Shown here one piece after another: positions 45,645 to 56,112 of a DNA stretch of 64,000 nt (position 1 is the stretch's first letter; the number at the start of each line of letters is the position of its first letter). Origin of the DNA: a virus; IMG/VR virus record IMGVR_UViG_3300036771_000052, positions 33,862 to 97,861 of that record, one strand, 5' to 3'. Position numbers and translations under genes: made by a program. The notes under the pieces are model-generated. The model saw only the letters and a program-made list of their open reading frames with translations, made no database searches and was not told the DNA's origin.

Positions 45645-46050
45645 CATCCCTAAATGCGAGAGTGTCCTAGGGTACATCCTCACCCATCCCGATGAGCATG
45701 ATCAGTATGTGTGGGCTGAGAGAGGTCCGTGCGGAACAACGATGTGTTTCGCGGGAACAGCGGTCCATCTGTCGAATGAATATGACTTACTTTGGGGGAG
45801 GTGGACTGATGCCGACTACTGGTCTGCGCCTACAGCGAAACGTAAACGTGATGGCGTGATTGTGGCGGTGTCGGATGCGGCGCAAGAACTCCTTGGTCTC
45901 ACCGACAAACAAGCGAACTATATGTTCCACGCCGCAAACGATGTCGATGATTTGGAGCGGGGGGTGAAGAACATGGCTAATGGAGTCGACCCGGATGACG
46001 AAGGGGATGAGGTTTATGATGACGACTATGAAATTGATGACGCTGCTTAA
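45637..46050 (+). CDS. Hypothetical protein, paralog pair B
   Basis: HP..H.Q..W.....C.T..CFAG. Confidence 0.7.
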   Translation: MANIPKCESVLGYILTHPDEHDQYVWAERGPCGTTMCFAGTAVHLSNEYDLLWGRWTDADYWSAPTAKRKRDGVIVAVSDAAQELLGLTDKQANYMFHAANDVDDLERGVKNMANGVDPDDEGDEVYDDDYEIDDAA

Positions 46051-46058
46051 GGATGTGA

Positions 46059-47828
46059 ATGAACGCTCCCCCGAAGCGTAATAAAGCTGGCTACTACACG
46101 CTCCCCGATGGCCAAAAGTGTCTGTCAGTGACGAATGTGATCAAGTTCGGTGTTCCGAAGGATTTGACGGAGTGGGCGGCTTGGGAAGTCGCCAATGCGG
46201 CTGTGGAAGCTGTACCGAAATTGTCTCGGATGCGTGGGTCATCGGCGCGGTGGGAGATGATCCGATACCTTCAAGAAACACCCAACCGCAAGAGGGACGC
46301 CGCTGGGGATTTTGGTACGGCTATCCACGATATCGCGGAGGCTTATGTTCTTGGTAAGCCGATCGGGAATCCGGAGCCGGATCAGACTCCGTTTGTCCAG
46401 GCGTTTGAGAATTTTCTGGAGGATCATCAGCCGGTTTATCATGCGGCTGAGTTGGTGGTGGCGCATCCGGAGCATGGGTGGGCTGGCAGGTGTGATGCGT
46501 GGTGTGAACTACCGAAATTACCGGGATTCGATGGTGTGATTTCGGTGATCGACTACAAAGGTCTGGCGTTGGACACGCCACTGCCGACTCCAACGGGGTG
46601 GACGACAATGCGTGACGTTCAGGTAGGTGACACATTGTTCGGCTCGAATGGTCGTCCGTGTACTGTCACCGCGAAATCTGAGGTGCATTGGAGACAGTGT
46701 TATCGGATTCGTTTCGATGATACGAGCTCAGTGATCTGCGACGATGAGCATCTCTGGATGTCCGACCACGGACCCGGCGGTAAGACTCGACGGTCAGTCC
46801 TCACTACCGATGAGATTCGGCGCACGTTGACGCTTGGAGGACAGAAGCAACACCGTATTCCAATTGCTGGCGCGCTCGATCTTCCGCCGAGAGAGTTGCC
46901 GATCCACCCGTATGTTCTTGGATGCTGGCTGGGAGATGGCAAAGCCACTTCAGGTGAGGTCTCGAAGCCTGATGCGGAGCTGTTCGAAAACATTGAGGCG
47001 TGCGGATATCGGGTTGGTCCCGATTACTATCCTGACGGATGTAGAACGAGCACGATTTACGGTTTGAGAACACAACTACGTAAAGCAGATTTGTTGGGTC
47101 AGAAGAGGATGCCGGGGGTCTACCTCCGCTCTGGTTATGATCAGCGTCTCGCGCTGATGCGAGGACTGATGGATACGGATGGTTCGTGGAACTCTGAACG
47201 CAAGCAGGCAGTCTTCTGTTCCTCAGATAAAGCTTTGGCTCTTCAGTTTCAGGAGTTGGCCTGTTCACTGGGACAACGCGCTCTTCTCCAGGAGGTGAAA
47301 GCGCATGGTTTCGGGTTGGATGTCATTACCTATAAGGTTGTGTTTTCGGCTGTAGAGATTAATCCGTTCCGGCTCTCACGCAAGGCGAACCTGGTGCAGC
47401 CTGCCGGGAGCAGATCGCTTTCCCGGCGGAGAATGGTGATTGAAGTAGAGAGTGTACCGACGGTGCCGACGCAATGTATCACCGTGGATTCGCCGGATAA
47501 CACGTACCTGTGTACTGAGTCGATGATCCCAACTCACAACACCGGCAAGAATGCTTACCCGGAGGCGTGTTTGCAGTTGTCGTGTTATCAGAGAGCGATT
47601 AAGTGTTGGTTAGATGATGGGACTGAGGGGTTGCCGCCGGCCGCGGTGAATGCGTTTGTGTTGCATATTCGACCGGATAAGTATCCGGATAGGGGTTATG
47701 CGTTGATTCCGTGTGATACGTCGGATGAGGTGTATGGGTATTTCCGTGCGGCTCAGCAGGTGGCGGAGTGGAACATGTCCCGATCGAAGTCGGCGTTGGG
47801 TGATGCGGTGGAGTTGGAGGCGGTCTGA
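46059..47828 (+). CDS. PD-(D/E)XK exonuclease (RecB/Cas4-like) interrupted by an intein
   Basis: SVT.V, GTAIH..AE, WAG.CD, IDYK|TGK, LQL..Y. Confidence 0.88.
   Translation: MNAPPKRNKAGYYTLPDGQKCLSVTNVIKFGVPKDLTEWAAWEVANAAVEAVPKLSRMRGSSARWEMIRYLQETPNRKRDAAGDFGTAIHDIAEAYVLGKPIGNPEPDQTPFVQAFENFLEDHQPVYHAAELVVAHPEHGWAGRCDAWCELPKLPGFDGVISVIDYKGLALDTPLPTPTGWTTMRDVQVGDTLFGSNGRPCTVTAKSEVHWRQCYRIRFDDTSSVICDDEHLWMSDHGPGGKTRRSVLTTDEIRRTLTLGGQKQHRIPIAGALDLPPRELPIHPYVLGCWLGDGKATSGEVSKPDAELFENIEACGYRVGPDYYPDGCRTSTIYGLRTQLRKADLLGQKRMPGVYLRSGYDQRLALMRGLMDTDGSWNSERKQAVFCSSDKALALQFQELACSLGQRALLQEVKAHGFGLDVITYKVVFSAVEINPFRLSRKANLVQPAGSRSLSRRRMVIEVESVPTVPTQCITVDSPDNTYLCTESMIPTHNTGKNAYPEACLQLSCYQRAIKCWLDDGTEGLPPAAVNAFVLHIRPDKYPDRGYALIPCDTSDEVYGYFRAAQQVAEWNMSRSKSALGDAVELEAV
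46560..47540 (+). mobile_element. Class 3 intein with LAGLIDADG homing endonuclease (327 aa)
   Basis: Starts GLALDTPLPTP (no N-terminal nucleophile); EHLW, QCI and PTHN|T = WCT triplet; LGCWLGDG and LMRGLMDTDG. Confidence 0.88.
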
Positions 47829-48880
47829 TGGGGATGCGGATTTTGACGCTCCAGCAGCAGCTTCAGGAGCTTGGGAGGTTGCGGACGGGGTATGTGGACA
47901 CGTCGGGGAGGAAAGCTCGTCCAGCGCGTTCTGAGACGTGGATTGTGACGTCCCATTCGCAGGACTTCGTGAAGATCGCCGCGGAAACATGGGGTGGGGA
48001 ACCAGAAAAATGGTCACCCCAAGGAGGTGGTGTCGCACAGTGGAGAGTGGTCACCGAACAAGACACCCTTGACGCCATCCTCCCCCCCGGCGATCCTCTA
48101 TCACAATCTTTGGAACTGTGGTCGAAGGGTGGATGCGCGCGTCGTTGCGACGGGATGACGGAGTTACTTTCGGATAAGCCGTGTCTGTGTCGCGCGCAGC
48201 ATGGACAGAATTTCCATGAACAACCCACAGGTGTGGTGTGTGCAGAGTTCACTCGGTTGAATGTTTTTCTTCCCCAGATTCCGGATGTGGGGATTTGGCG
48301 GGTGGAAACTAAATCCCATTATGCTGCTATGGAGATCGCGGGGACTGTGGATGTCATCAAGTCCGCGGTAGGGACAGGTCCGACGATTCCGATTAGGTTG
48401 CGGATTGAGCAGCGGCAACGTAAGTCTGAGGGGCAGACCAAGAAGTTCCCGGTGATCACGGTGGGTTTGCGTGGTGTGAACGCGGAGCAATTGTTTCACA
48501 CTGAGATTTCCCAGGCCGCTCCCCAAGCGATCGAGGCGCCGATCCAAGCTGTCACAGATGGGTCGATCCAGATAGATAGGGATTCCGTGCGCGCCGCGTT
48601 GGAGGCGGCAGAATCGTTGGAGGAGCTGCGGGAGTTGTGGCCGGACGCCATCCAAGCTGGCTGGCAGGGTTTGGCGCGGGAGCTCGCCGCCAGGTTCGAG
48701 CGTCCGGTGAAGGAAGACGACGCCGGTGAGGTGTGGGCTCAAGTGATGCGCGCCGTCCCCGACGACTGGTCAACTTCGCAGACGGAGAAAGAGTTCGAAA
48801 CGTTCTCCAACACCAAAGTTGAGGAGGCCACCGCCGAACAAATCCGGGAGTATCTCGACCATCTTGAGTTCGCCAAGTGA
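47828..48880 (+). CDS. Recombination protein (Gp3-like RDF/SSAP family)
   Basis: LQQQL.ELGRLR.G, ELWS.GGC.RRCDG, TRLNV.LP, G.WR.ET.S.YAA.E; follows exonuclease. Confidence 0.75.
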   Translation: MGMRILTLQQQLQELGRLRTGYVDTSGRKARPARSETWIVTSHSQDFVKIAAETWGGEPEKWSPQGGGVAQWRVVTEQDTLDAILPPGDPLSQSLELWSKGGCARRCDGMTELLSDKPCLCRAQHGQNFHEQPTGVVCAEFTRLNVFLPQIPDVGIWRVETKSHYAAMEIAGTVDVIKSAVGTGPTIPIRLRIEQRQRKSEGQTKKFPVITVGLRGVNAEQLFHTEISQAAPQAIEAPIQAVTDGSIQIDRDSVRAALEAAESLEELRELWPDAIQAGWQGLARELAARFERPVKEDDAGEVWAQVMRAVPDDWSTSQTEKEFETFSNTKVEEATAEQIREYLDHLEFAK

Positions 48881-49242
48881 ACGCGGCGTTGAAACACCTC
48901 GGCGCCGTATCGAGGGTGTATGAGATCAAAGCCGACGAGTACGTCACCGTGTGTACGGATTTGGCGGAGGCGAAAGCTGAATACACCCACGCGAAAGCCA
49001 TCTTCAAGATCGAAAAGAAAATCCACTTCCTCAAAATTTCCGACGTGGAATTGGAAACGAGAGCTCACGCCGACGAACACATTGCGGGACTGTATCGGCA
49101 AATGTTGTTGTGTGAAGCCGCGGAAAAATCCCTCGAAGCGAAGTTGCGGCAGTTGAAGGAGCAGCAAGCCAACGGGAGAACCGCGGTGGTGCAAGAGCGT
49201 GAAGTGGATCAGATTCACGCGAATGGGTTGAGTGTGGCCTGA
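48877..49242 (+). CDS. Helical hypothetical protein
   Basis: Operon coupling. Confidence 0.55.
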   Translation: MNAALKHLGAVSRVYEIKADEYVTVCTDLAEAKAEYTHAKAIFKIEKKIHFLKISDVELETRAHADEHIAGLYRQMLLCEAAEKSLEAKLRQLKEQQANGRTAVVQEREVDQIHANGLSVA

Positions 49243-49265
49243 ATCAGAAGTTAGCTCGGGACCTG

Positions 49266-49565
49266 GTGAGGGAACGGTCATCGGATTGTTGTGAACGGTG
49301 CGGCCGAGCGCGAGCGAATAATTTGCATCACCGTAAGAACCGTAGCCAGGGAGGTGAATGGACTCCATCTAACTTGCTACACGTCTGTGGGAGTGGCTGT
49401 ACTGGCTGCCATGGGTACATAGGAAGTAACCCCACGGAGAGTTATGAACAGGGGTGGATGGTTCGTAGGATCGATGATCCATCTAAGACCCCTGTGTGGT
49501 TGTTCGGTTGGGGATTTGTGTACCTAACTGACTCAGGGAAGATTGAACTGTTCGAGGAGACATGA
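49266..49565 (+). CDS. HNH-like protein
   Basis: CERCG, HHRKNRSQGG, NLLHVCGSG..GCHG. Confidence 0.75.
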   Translation: MRERSSDCCERCGRARANNLHHRKNRSQGGEWTPSNLLHVCGSGCTGCHGYIGSNPTESYEQGWMVRRIDDPSKTPVWLFGWGFVYLTDSGKIELFEET

Positions 49566-51512
49566 TGGACCTGAAAGATGTTCAGATCACCGTCGAACCG
49601 TATGTTGGGAAACTCACCGGGTTAGCGACGTCGAACGATATTGCGGAGTTTATGGTGGAGCAGGGGGTTCGCGCTCTCCCGGGGAACGCGATGTCGTGCG
49701 CTATCGCCGTCTACATTTCCAATGAGACGGGTTTGAAGGTTCGGGTGGATCGGAACGCTATCGCCGTTCAACATCCCGACGGGGACCAGCACATGGGTTA
49801 CTCGGACAAGGGTGTGTGGTGTGAAGAGAATTATGTGAATGTTGGTTGTCACACCGAGGCGATGAAGTCGTTTCTGTGGAAGTTTGACCACTACTACTAT
49901 GCGGACCTCGTCGCCAATTACTCGTAGAAGGTGGAATGATGGATGTCGAGACAATCCGCGCCGACCTCCTCCCCTATGTGGAGAAACTCCGCGCGCTCCA
50001 CACACCCGAAGAGATCAGAGACTTCCTCCTACACGAAGAGGTGAAAGCGCAGCAGAGCAAAGCGACCGGGTGCGCCATCGCTGTGTATCTGTTCGAACAC
50101 ACTAATCATGTGGTGGGGGTGTCGCAGAATCATATTTATGCGTTCACTGAGGCGTTGGGTGGTCAGTCGGTGTGTTCGTGGCCGGTTGTGGCTGACACCA
50201 GCGAGGCCATGAAGCAGTTTGTGTATAACTTCGACGATGGATTCTATCCGGAATTGCTGGGATAATGAAAACACAAGTGGCGACGGACATGATCATAGAG
50301 GCGATTCGTCCTCTAATGCCGCAGGGGGAACGTGCGGTTTGGGATGCGAGGATTGCGGAGCGTCGCGCAAGATTGCTGGCGCGGAACGATCCCGATCTGG
50401 TGATGGCGATCGCACCGTATGTCAACAAGTTGACTGACATGAAAACCGCGGACGAGATCAGAGATTTCCTCGCCGCTGAAGAAATCCAAGCGGTCCCAAA
50501 CGTTGGTGACAAGTGTGCGGTGGCGGAGTATGTCACGTCGAGGTCGGGTTACGAGGTGTCGGTGACATATGTGTCACTGTCGTGTAAAGATGAGAACAGT
50601 TCGTTGTGGCTTCCTCATAGTGAGCCGATGCGGGAGTTCGTGAGGAATTTCGACGTCGGTAAATACCCGGAGTTGGTGAAAAACGATGACTGAGGACACT
50701 CTCGCAGCCGAGTTCAAGATCTATAAGGAGGAGTATGAGGAGAAGATCGCCACTCTGAGGTTCGACATCGAACCGTACTACACCAAGCTAAAAGGTATGG
50801 CGACACCGGCGGAGCTCAGGAAATTTTTTGGCGACGAAGGGATACAGGGTCAACAGCGTGACGGCAACAGATGTTTAATTGCCGCGTACATTCGGGAGAG
50901 GACGGGACATACGGTGGCGGTGTCCGGGTCGGGTCAAGTCTTCGATGAAGAAATGTCGGTCGGTTTGTTCGGTTCGTCGAATGCGTTGACGAAATTCGTG
51001 TACTACTTCGATAACGGAAAGTACCCGGAGCTTGTGAAGGATTTCGACAAGTATGGGTATGTGGATGAGAGTGTGGTGGGGTCATGATGAATGTTTTCAG
51101 TTTCGATCATGAAACGTTGGAAGCCTCCGGGTTGACGCTTGAGGATGCGAAGCTGGCGGTTGAGCCGTATCTGCGGAAGCTGAGCGAGTGTTCCACTCCG
51201 GATGAGATCAGAGACATTCTCGTCGGGGAAAAGATCAAGGCAGTGCAGGGTCGGGTGAACAAGTGCGCGGTATCAAAGTATGTGACCCAGAAGACTGATG
51301 TGTTGGTGTGTGTTCACAGTCGAGGCGCGTATATGCCTGAGTTCGGGATAGTGAGGACACCTGGAAAGAGCGGCGGAACTGTTGTTAATTACGCCGGTGA
51401 GTTGCCAGGACATAATGAGGTATTGAGAAGATTTATCAGGAAGTTCGACGACGGTGACTACCCGGAACTGGTTGATCGAGATTATCAAGCATCTGGGGTG
51501 TCTGCGAGTTGA
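49562..51512 (+). other. Tandem array of five paralogous CDSs (49562-49927, 49936-50265, 50265-50693, 50686-51087, 51084-51512)
   Basis: Shared PY..KL....T..EIR.FL..E...A......CA(I/V)A.Y ... F...FD.G.YPEL. Confidence 0.85.
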
Positions 51513-51706
51513 GTTTGCGGAAGTTGTCCGATAGAGATATTCGGTTGATTCGTCACCGGCGTGCTAGGGGTGCGAATCAGCAGGATTTGGCTGACGAGTT
51601 TCAGTGTGCGCAGTCGACTATTTGCGCGATCGTTACTGGTAGGCGGTATCCGCATTTGGGGGGACCGATTATGCGTCCCCGCATGTATTCACGGAGGATG
51701 CACTGA
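51509..51706 (+). CDS. Small HTH protein
   Basis: KLS..DIR.IR.....G..QQDLA.EF...QSTI..IV.G. Confidence 0.7.
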   Translation: MSLRKLSDRDIRLIRHRRARGANQQDLADEFQCAQSTICAIVTGRRYPHLGGPIMRPRMYSRRMH

Positions 51707-52125
51707 TGGCGCAAGGCGATGTGAACACCACGATCGTGGGTAATCTCACGGCCGATCCAGAACTAAGACATACTCCGTCGGGTGCGGCGGTCGCCAATTT
51801 CACCGTGGCGTCTACTCCTCGGTCTTATAACAAAGACAGCAAGGAGTGGGAAGACGGCGAGAGTCTTTTCATGCGGTGTTCGATTTGGCGGCAGCCGGCG
51901 GAGCATGTGGCGGAGTCGTTGCAGCGTGGTCACCGTGTCATTGTGACGGGGAAACTAAAGCAACGGTCGTTTGAGACGAAAGAAGGTGAGAAGCGTACCG
52001 TTATCGAGTTGGAGGCTGAGGAGGTGGCTCCGTCGTTGAGGTATGCGACGGCGAAGGTGACTAAGGCTGTTTCTGGGGGTCAGTCTAAGCCTCAGCAGGA
52101 GTGGGAAGATGAGCCGCCGTTCTGA
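51706..52125 (+). CDS. ssb: Single-stranded DNA-binding protein
   Basis: [29 protein letters not shown] ... DEPPF. Confidence 0.97.
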   Translation: MAQGDVNTTIVGNLTADPELRHTPSGAAVANFTVASTPRSYNKDSKEWEDGESLFMRCSIWRQPAEHVAESLQRGHRVIVTGKLKQRSFETKEGEKRTVIELEAEEVAPSLRYATAKVTKAVSGGQSKPQQEWEDEPPF

Positions 52126-52146
52126 TGGACAGGATCGTTTAGCAAA

Positions 52147-52542
52147 ATGACAATCATCCGGGCCAAGATTTCCGAGCTTTCGCTTGCTCTGGCTCAACGA
52201 GGAAACCGCGGTCACTGCGCCATCGCACATAGTCTGGCGATGGAGCACCCCAATTACCGGTACATCAAGGTCGATCGGGACCAGATCAGATTTAGCGACG
52301 TCGATACTCGGTTACGACACGTCTACCGAACACCCCGGAAGGAGCAGAGGTTCATTGATGAGTGGGATGCAGGTGGCACACCTACTCTTGATGAGGTGGT
52401 CCTCACGCCAAAGGATAAGGTCGAGACGATGGTTATGAAAGCTCGACCCCCACGCACTGTTGCGACGGGGCTGAAGCCGGTCAAGCCACCGAGGGAGCCT
52501 GGCTCACGTACATACAGATCGCTGGCGAGGGCTGGTCGATGA
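52147..52542 (+). CDS. Hypothetical protein, paralog of 30920-31384
   Basis: HCAIAHSL ... YRTP ... FIDEWDAG. Confidence 0.7.
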   Translation: MTIIRAKISELSLALAQRGNRGHCAIAHSLAMEHPNYRYIKVDRDQIRFSDVDTRLRHVYRTPRKEQRFIDEWDAGGTPTLDEVVLTPKDKVETMVMKARPPRTVATGLKPVKPPREPGSRTYRSLARAGR

Positions 52543-53123
52543 TGTCAGGTCAGCAGACAGTCACCGAGCGCATCAGGTGGTGCGAAGCGGAGGCGCAGCG
52601 ACTCAGCACTTCGGCGGATGGTCTGCGCTGGGAAGCGGCCGAGCTGATTGCGGCCGAGCTGGAGAGCGGGAAGACTCAGCGGCAGTTGGCCGAGGAGATC
52701 GGCAAGAGCGTCATGCACGTCAACTATATGAACAAAGTCTGGGCCGTACACCATGGTGTACAAGATGGATCAAGGTCTTTCGACTCCTACTACCAAGAGG
52801 TAAAGCGCGCCACATCTGGTGTGGATGAGTCGGAGCTTACATCTTCGCCGCAGCCTCAGTCTCCGGCACCGTCACTGTCGTCCAAGGCGAGTTCGCCATT
52901 ACCCTCAGGCGATGACGACGCGCCAATCAGAGCGCCTGGCTTACCGCCTGTGTGCCGAGCTAAAGACATTCGAGAGGAGATCATCACCCGACTGGCCTTT
53001 CCAGAAAAGGAGCTTGTGGCGATCTGCAATGAGGGCTTAACGGTTGATGAATTATACCTAGTACACGAAGTACTCCGGCGTCTACTTGACGAGATAGAAA
53101 GTTTGATTCACAAGAGTCAATGA
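52539..53123 (+). CDS. HTH DNA-binding protein
   Basis: GKTQRQLAEEIGKS..HV.YM..VW. Confidence 0.7.
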   Translation: MMSGQQTVTERIRWCEAEAQRLSTSADGLRWEAAELIAAELESGKTQRQLAEEIGKSVMHVNYMNKVWAVHHGVQDGSRSFDSYYQEVKRATSGVDESELTSSPQPQSPAPSLSSKASSPLPSGDDDAPIRAPGLPPVCRAKDIREEIITRLAFPEKELVAICNEGLTVDELYLVHEVLRRLLDEIESLIHKSQ

Positions 53124-53572
53124 GCGCTGACGAGAGGACGTTCCAACGCGACCTCACCTACGGACTGTGGCACCGGTGGAGAAACATTAAACAGTTCGTG
53201 GGTGAGGACGCCAAGTTTTTGACGCAGATCGATATCGATTTCTGCGAGTACTGCATCCACTGTAACACCCCCCTAGCGTTGATCGAGACCCAAAGATCAG
53301 TACGTGATCCGAAGAACGCTCGGGTGACGGAGAACCTGGCAAGGATGGCTGGGATCGAGGCGTATAGCGTGTCGTATGCGGTGGGCTCGGAGGGTGTGAT
53401 TGAATCGTTCCGGGTCCGGCAGTTGGCTCCTGTGCGGAGTGAGGTGTTCACGTTGACACCGTACATGTATGCGCGGTTTATCCGTTCTCTACGAGTCGGT
53501 CATAAGTGTGGAGAGAAGGATGATTGTCAACACGACCGGTCATCCGGAGTCGGAGTACAACGAGCTAGTTAG
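53120..53572 (+). CDS. Putative PD-(D/E)XK-like protein
   Basis: WHR, IDIDF.EY, PLALIET. Confidence 0.5.
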   Translation: MSADERTFQRDLTYGLWHRWRNIKQFVGEDAKFLTQIDIDFCEYCIHCNTPLALIETQRSVRDPKNARVTENLARMAGIEAYSVSYAVGSEGVIESFRVRQLAPVRSEVFTLTPYMYARFIRSLRVGHKCGEKDDCQHDRSSGVGVQRAS

Positions 53573-53761
53573 GCAGTTGGCTGATCCAGCTGTGGTTCGA
53601 GCGTTTTGGGAGGGTGAGCGTCCGGAGAACTGGCCGGACGCTGTACCTTTTCCGTCTGTGGTTGTGGTGTTGTCGAAGAATTGGGTTCAGGAGCGTCGGG
53701 AAGAGCTCGGGTTATCAACGCGTCGTTAGTGAGAGGGGACCGTCATTCCCCGGGGTTCGCT

Positions 53762-54832
53762 ATGACCTGGTTTCAGGTTGATGACTGCCTTTCGGATCAT
53801 CGGAAGGTCAGGAAGTTGGGTGACGACAGGTTACTTGCTGTCGGTTTGTGGACGTTGTGTGGTTCATGGTGTGGCGCGAATTTGACGGATGGGTTTGTGC
53901 CGTTGGAGGTTGTTGATCGGTGGGACCCTGGGTTGAAGGTTGCGTCGAAGTTGGTGGAGGTGGGGTTGTGGTGTGAGGGTTCGTTGGATGGGGAGGCGGG
54001 TTTCAGGTTTCACGGGTGGGGTGAGTATCAGCTCACGCGTGAGGAGGTTTTGCGGCGTCGTGCGGATGCTCGGGAGCGGATGCGTCGGTATCGGGAGCGG
54101 CGTGATGTGGAGCTTGCGGAAGATTTCCGTCCCGGAAACAATGTAGAGAGTGACACGTCACTCTTTGAAGGATTTTTGAATACTTCAGAAGAAACGCGTC
54201 ACAACACTGAAGAAACGCGTCACAACACGAACGGAAAAGTCAACCTTCCTGGTCAAACGGGTAGAGACGCGTCACTCTATTCATTAGGTGAGCAAAGTAG
54301 TGACGCTGCCCCTACCCTACCCTACCTAAAGAATAAAAAGACTTCTTCGTCCAAGACGAAGGAATTTCAGGAAGAGGCGGTGTTCACCGAGTTCTGGAAC
54401 GCTTATCCTCGGAAGCAGCAGAAGCAGGACGCCAGGAAGGCGTGGATGCAGCAACGTCGGAAGGGGACCTCTCCGCGGGAATTGATCGACGGTGCGAGAG
54501 GCTACGCCGAGTACCACCGACAGCGAGGGACTGACCGTGAATTCATCAAGCTTCCCGCCTCCTGGCTTCGCGCTGGAGGCCACGAAGACCACCAACCCAC
54601 CCAACCATCCCAACCCGACACCCGGGAGCCTGTAGACGTCCTCAGAGCGTTTTGGAAAGCCGCCGATGCGCAAGCCGTCGCAACCATCCTCCGCATCCCG
54701 TTCATCCACCGCGACCCACCACCGTCCGACACCACCCCGAGAGACAAATGGGTCCGTGAGTACAAACAATCCTGGATCACGGACCACTTCGAAGCCGCCG
54801 TTGAAGCCTTGAAGAAATCCAGGGAGCAATGA
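53762..54832 (+). CDS. Phage replication initiator
   Basis: MTWFQVDD....HRK, GLW...GSW....LTDG.VP, F..FWNAYPRK..K..A.KAW, FIKLPASWL; precedes DnaB. Confidence 0.8.
   Translation: MTWFQVDDCLSDHRKVRKLGDDRLLAVGLWTLCGSWCGANLTDGFVPLEVVDRWDPGLKVASKLVEVGLWCEGSLDGEAGFRFHGWGEYQLTREEVLRRRADARERMRRYRERRDVELAEDFRPGNNVESDTSLFEGFLNTSEETRHNTEETRHNTNGKVNLPGQTGRDASLYSLGEQSSDAAPTLPYLKNKKTSSSKTKEFQEEAVFTEFWNAYPRKQQKQDARKAWMQQRRKGTSPRELIDGARGYAEYHRQRGTDREFIKLPASWLRAGGHEDHQPTQPSQPDTREPVDVLRAFWKAADAQAVATILRIPFIHRDPPPSDTTPRDKWVREYKQSWITDHFEAAVEALKKSREQ
54147..54308 (+). repeat. Iteron-like repeats; probable replication origin inside the initiator gene
   Basis: gaagaaacgcgtcacaacac x2 (54188-54228, 21-bp period); ACGCGTCAC/GTGAC variants at 54147-54164 and 54261-54278; locally AT-rich. 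Confidence 0.65.
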
Positions 54833-56112
54833 CCGAGTTCACCGAGTTCGAACTACGTTCCGAGCCGGCCGAGAAAGCGTTGATCGGCTGTCTCGGGTTC
54901 CACGGCACCGAGATGCGTCACATCATGGAAGCTGTCTCCCCCGAAGACTTCTACCGACCCGCTCGGGAAGACGTGTGGCGCGCCGCGAGGAAACTCGTCT
55001 CCGCCGGGGAGCCGGTCGATCCGGTTGCGATCATGAGGTTGCTCCACGCCGATGGACACCTCAACCACGCCATCGAACAGTTGGTGGCGGTGGAGATGAC
55101 CACGTCGTGTCCCGTCGAGATCGCTGGTCGTTACTCCGAAACCGTCGTCGAGCTCGCCAGGAAACGTGAGCAGTACCGTGCGTTTCAGCGAGCGTTCGAG
55201 ATCATCACCACCCATCCCGGCAGCGCCAGTGAAACCCTCGCTCTTGCGCGGTCGGAGCTGGACAAGCTCGTAACGAGGGATGATGATCCGTCCACGTTGA
55301 ACTGGCGTCAGCTCGTGGACGAGTTTGAGAACACTCACGCGCCGGGTGGAGCGAGTGAGGGTGTCCCTACTCCGTGGTGGGAGCTGGATATGTTGTTGGG
55401 TGGGTTGTTCGGTTCCCGGATGTACATCATCGGTGGTCGTCCTGGCCAGGGTAAAAGTACGGTTGCGTTGTTGTGGGCTATGCATGCCGCGAAAGAATCC
55501 GGACAGCAGGTTCTGATTTTTTCGAAGGAGATGCCGTCGGTTGATGTGACCGGAAGGTTGTTCGCCGCCGCGGTCGAAGTATCGTTGAATGAGATCGCCG
55601 CTCGACGGCTGTCTCCTGAGTCGAAACGTCGCATCAGGGACTGGACGAACAAAGTTGGGAACCTCCCGCTAAGGGTCAACGCGAAGCCGTGTAGCTTGTC
55701 CCAAATCAAGAACCAAGCACGCGCTCAAGCAACCCGCACCGGTTTGAACATGCTGGTGGTGGACTACCTTCAACTGGTCAGAGCGGACTCGGGGAGAAAC
55801 CGTGAACAGGAGGTTGGTCAGGTGTCGAGAGAATTGAAAGAGCTCGCCATGGAACTGGATACGATCCTTGTTGTCCCGGCGCAGTTGAACCGAGGTTCCG
55901 TCACCAGAACCGACCCGAAACCCACCATGTCAGACCTCCGCGACAGTGGCCAGATCGAACAAGACGCCGACGCGGTGATTCTTTTGTATCGTCCGTTGGA
56001 TGAGCAAGGTCAACCCACCCGCGGGATCGATTTGTTGGTGGATAAGAATCGTCATGGTCCGACGGGTTCGGTTCATTTGGATTGGCGCGGCGAGTACGGG
56101 ATGATCCAATGA
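54829..56112 (+). CDS. dnaB: Replicative DNA helicase
   Basis: GGRPGQGKS, FSKEM, VVDYLQL, AQLNR, DLRDSGQIEQDAD, KNRHGPTG. Confidence 0.97.
   Translation: MTEFTEFELRSEPAEKALIGCLGFHGTEMRHIMEAVSPEDFYRPAREDVWRAARKLVSAGEPVDPVAIMRLLHADGHLNHAIEQLVAVEMTTSCPVEIAGRYSETVVELARKREQYRAFQRAFEIITTHPGSASETLALARSELDKLVTRDDDPSTLNWRQLVDEFENTHAPGGASEGVPTPWWELDMLLGGLFGSRMYIIGGRPGQGKSTVALLWAMHAAKESGQQVLIFSKEMPSVDVTGRLFAAAVEVSLNEIAARRLSPESKRRIRDWTNKVGNLPLRVNAKPCSLSQIKNQARAQATRTGLNMLVVDYLQLVRADSGRNREQEVGQVSRELKELAMELDTILVVPAQLNRGSVTRTDPKPTMSDLRDSGQIEQDADAVILLYRPLDEQGQPTRGIDLLVDKNRHGPTGSVHLDWRGEYGMIQ

Noticed and set aside
49562-51512. Diversity-generating retroelement target repeats
   Set aside because: No reverse transcriptase in the window; paralogs are diverged throughout rather than only at adenines.
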